64,000 bases of DNA from Chrysemys picta bellii (taxonomy: Eukaryota), in assembly GCF_011386835.1 (NCBI RefSeq), contig NC_088801.1:24490001-24554000 (forward strand). The letters are read 5' to 3'. The notes below the pieces were generated by a model. That model was given only the letters and a program-made list of their open reading frames with translations. It searched no databases and was not told the DNA's origin. Below are positions 61,501-64,000 of the stretch, in pieces (positions within the stretch are counted from its first letter, which is position 1; every line of letters starts with the position of its first letter). Position numbers and translations under genes: made by a program.

Positions 61501-62681
61501 AAAAGCTGTTGTGTGGTTATCCCTTCCACCACTACACAAATTAGGGTTCAGTGTCCCTGTGGACCTAGCACTCGTCTGAATCCAGTGACACTTAACCCTG
61601 ACACTTATACCTGATCTGCATTAACTATTGTTTTATTTGCTTATGCTGCTTGACTGCTGTGGGATATTTTAATGGAAATGTGAGGAATTCTGTTATGTTG
61701 CCTTCAAGATCAGGTCCCCAAATCACTGTTTCCTACATTTACTTATGTCTCTGAAAGGCCATTCTAGACAATTATCTGGGTCACCTTTCTTTATGTTATC
61801 TCCATGCTGCAGCAAGATGGTTTCCATCCACATAACTTTGCTACTACATCTTGCAATGATACCATCAGGTCAGCATTCCTGCAGAAATATGTGAGGAGCT
61901 CCAGGTCTTTGCTGATGCCCTCATTTCAGTGGGTTCATTACTCCATTTAAGTGGGCTGCCTTCCTCAGACTCTCGTCAAGTATGTCACAGCATCCATTTG
62001 AACCTTTTCTATCAATCATGAGTGTGCACATGTGTGGCACACACACACACACACCTTTTGTTCAAACAAAAGTCTCCCTTTAGGTTGAATTACTTATTAA
62101 TATAAAATGTACAGCCCAACTCCAATGAAAGTCTGCTACATGCTCCAGGGTTCAATAGTAAAACTGTGCAAATATCTGATTTTTTGTTTTGTTCATTTGA
62201 AAAGAAAAAGTTGTTGCGAATTGAACAATGGAAATGTCTCATTTAAAAAGAAAAGTTGAATCAAAATATTGATGCTTTTGAACTATTTTTATTGAAACAA
62301 CTTGCCAATTCACCATGAATTGTCAAATGTTTTGGCTGATCCAAATGTGCATTTTTCAGTGAAAATGATTTCTGTTAAAAAATGTCACCCAGCTCTACTC
62401 GATAAGCCCCAACAGTTATGATCTTGTTTGATCCTTTCCCAGGGCTTCACAGTTCATCTCTCATCAGTGCAGGGTGTTTTCTTTGTCCCTTGTATCATGG
62501 GCAAAATCACAGTCCCAGTTTCAAAGTATAATACTAAAACAAAGGCTCTTAACATTGTTAAATACATACTTTCAGAGTGTAAGAGACACACTGATTTTGT
62601 CTTCAAGGCTTCGATATAGTATACGATACCATAAATACACAGCCTTTCCCATACTATCACTTGCTTGTTTTCAACAACATG
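58531..62681 (+). CDS. Candidate phase-compatible exon chain (58531-58573, 58654-58744, 62608-62681), unverified
   Basis: AG/GT boundaries with donors gtaagt, gtatgt and gtaagg. Joined reading RASCIFPSWVKIIL-VFANVERKVCTATWIILLKKLTNTIIEALQ-S-FDIVYDTINTQPFPYYHLLVFNNM has no stop. No homology recognised. Confidence 0.2.
59874..60061. other. N-run, 188 nt
   Basis: Read directly from the sequence. Confidence 0.99.
60790..62010 (+). pseudogene. Probable fossil Ngaro (tyrosine-recombinase) retrotransposon RT/RNase H
   Basis: ORF 61212-61544 aligns by eye to Ngaro RT (LTYRHL ~ RLIHHL; SLN..SYTSF ~ SVND..SYTSFD; WRLYP..GYFNEKL.CG ~ FRLLP..GYYFDKCLPMG). Downstream are GYFNG and ADAL..FQW (RNase H-like). 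Confidence 0.45.
62146..62397. mobile_element. Old AT-rich MITE, similar in style to 4719-5256
   Basis: Ends in ..cccagctcta with A/T-run-rich interior. The left TIR is decayed. Confidence 0.35.
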
Positions 62682-63329
62682 GTAAGGATTCCAGACGTAC
62701 ATTTCAGGTTATTTTTGCAGACTGTTTGAAATTTTTTCTTTGTCCTTTTGCCTTGCCCTTCAATTTTGTCCATTATGGATCTAAGCATATTTAGGACATT
62801 AAGGGCAAACTAAATTGTTGTTTATACCGTTAAATGTAAGAAGCATAATAGTAGGGTAGTGTCTCTATCCTGGAAAATAAGCACACTTGTCTGATTTTTA
62901 TTACATATCTTCTTTTATTGATGTGTCCTGTGAAAATTGTGGGCTCTCTGCTGAAAAGGCAATAAAAAGAAAGTTTAATAAGAATATCTGAGAGGTACAT
63001 ATGCTATATTAAATGTAGACTAAGGAATCTGAGACAAAGATAAAATGCTGAAGTTATGGTGAGATACTCTGAGGGTGCCTAACCTTACACAGTATCATGT
63101 ACATTACAGTACAGATGATAAACAATAAGCACAGATTCTCTCCTTCATCAAACACCACTGTGCAGAGGATACTCCTGGTTCCCTCACTCTTTGGACTGAT
63201 ATGCACTAACTCCAAACTTAGCACAGATTACAGAGTACCAAAGGGCCATACTGTAGATGGAGATTATTGGAGCACACTGTACTCCGGTCCACGCTTTTCT
63301 CACCCCAATACATCCCTTCCAGTGCCACA

Positions 63330-63870
63330 GCCTGGCACTGGCGAATGGGGGATTTGTTTCAGAGCAAACTATGATGCCTCAACACCCACTAGAGGGATGT
63401 GATGAGTGGTGGCTTTTCTCTGCGGTGCAAAGGGATCAAAGAAGCAGTACAGATAGATATTTAAGGTAATATTACTCATAACTAGAATGCTCCGCTCACG
63501 TCCAGATGTTGAACCCAAATAACCTAAACAGCTCCTCAGCCAGAGCACCCTTGGCCTCATTCACTGACCCTGAGGCTGTGTTGGACCCTGAGATACCAGC
63601 CTTCTTAGGTACCGTGTCGGCTGATATTGACTTGAACATTTACTTCATCTGATCCAAGAGAGTATGAAGGGGAGTGTGTTTGCTGATGACTTTGTGGTGC
63701 TACACACACACACACACAGCACAAGGCTGAAGAAAACTGTAAGAGCAGAATGTTGCTGAAAATATTTTAGAAAAGAAAGTGACTGATGAAGAAGTTCCTG
63801 TGAAATGCAGAGAGAAGGAACAGCAGGAACATCACAAAACATTTTTGTAAGCAAGACACTCAAACCTAGC
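63330..63870 (+). pseudogene. Possible ancient non-LTR RT remnant (RTE-like)
   Basis: LNIY followed by FADDFVV (~63680-63700) and AEENC, in RT order. A (CA)n tract interrupts at ~63702. Confidence 0.25.
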
Positions 63871-64000
63871 TGGTGGTCTGTGGGCGCACAGGCGGGAGCA
63901 GGGGGGATCCAACCACACCCATTCTTCAACACAAAAAAGCTTTTATTGCCCAGATGTTTTCTGATTAATAGAGGAGCCAATTGCAGAGCCAAGAAACAAG

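Noticed and set aside
1-64000. CRISPR arrays, rRNA/tRNA genes, operon-like systems
   Set aside because: None seen. The sequence is eukaryotic, and the tRNA-like bits are decayed SINE heads.

Overview
AT-rich vertebrate genomic DNA, almost certainly a turtle (inferred from the CR1, Penelope, DIRS and hAT repeat families). It looks intronic or intergenic, and I recognise no host gene. The ORF track is almost entirely transposon debris, antisense shadows or N-run artefacts. Supported content: about 11 CR1 LINE copies of several ages, including a ~3.5-kb ORF1+ORF2 copy at 23.8-27.3 kb and an older one at 32.4-36.1 kb; an L2 remnant; three Penelope-like pieces, two with decayed hammerhead ribozymes; a solo LTR with a 5-bp TSD; a DIRS1-like element; fossil Gypsy pol and probable Ngaro RT/RNase H; hAT MITEs with 8-bp TSDs; MIR-like SINEs; many short palindromic elements; and six N-runs. 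The most interesting observations are a ~100-bp local templated duplication that records the empty site of a later CR1 insertion, the Penelope hammerhead remnants, multiply deleted CR1 copies, and a few unverified candidate exons or splice sites. I found no convincing new biological system. All family assignments come from recalled consensus motifs and hand translation, not database searches.
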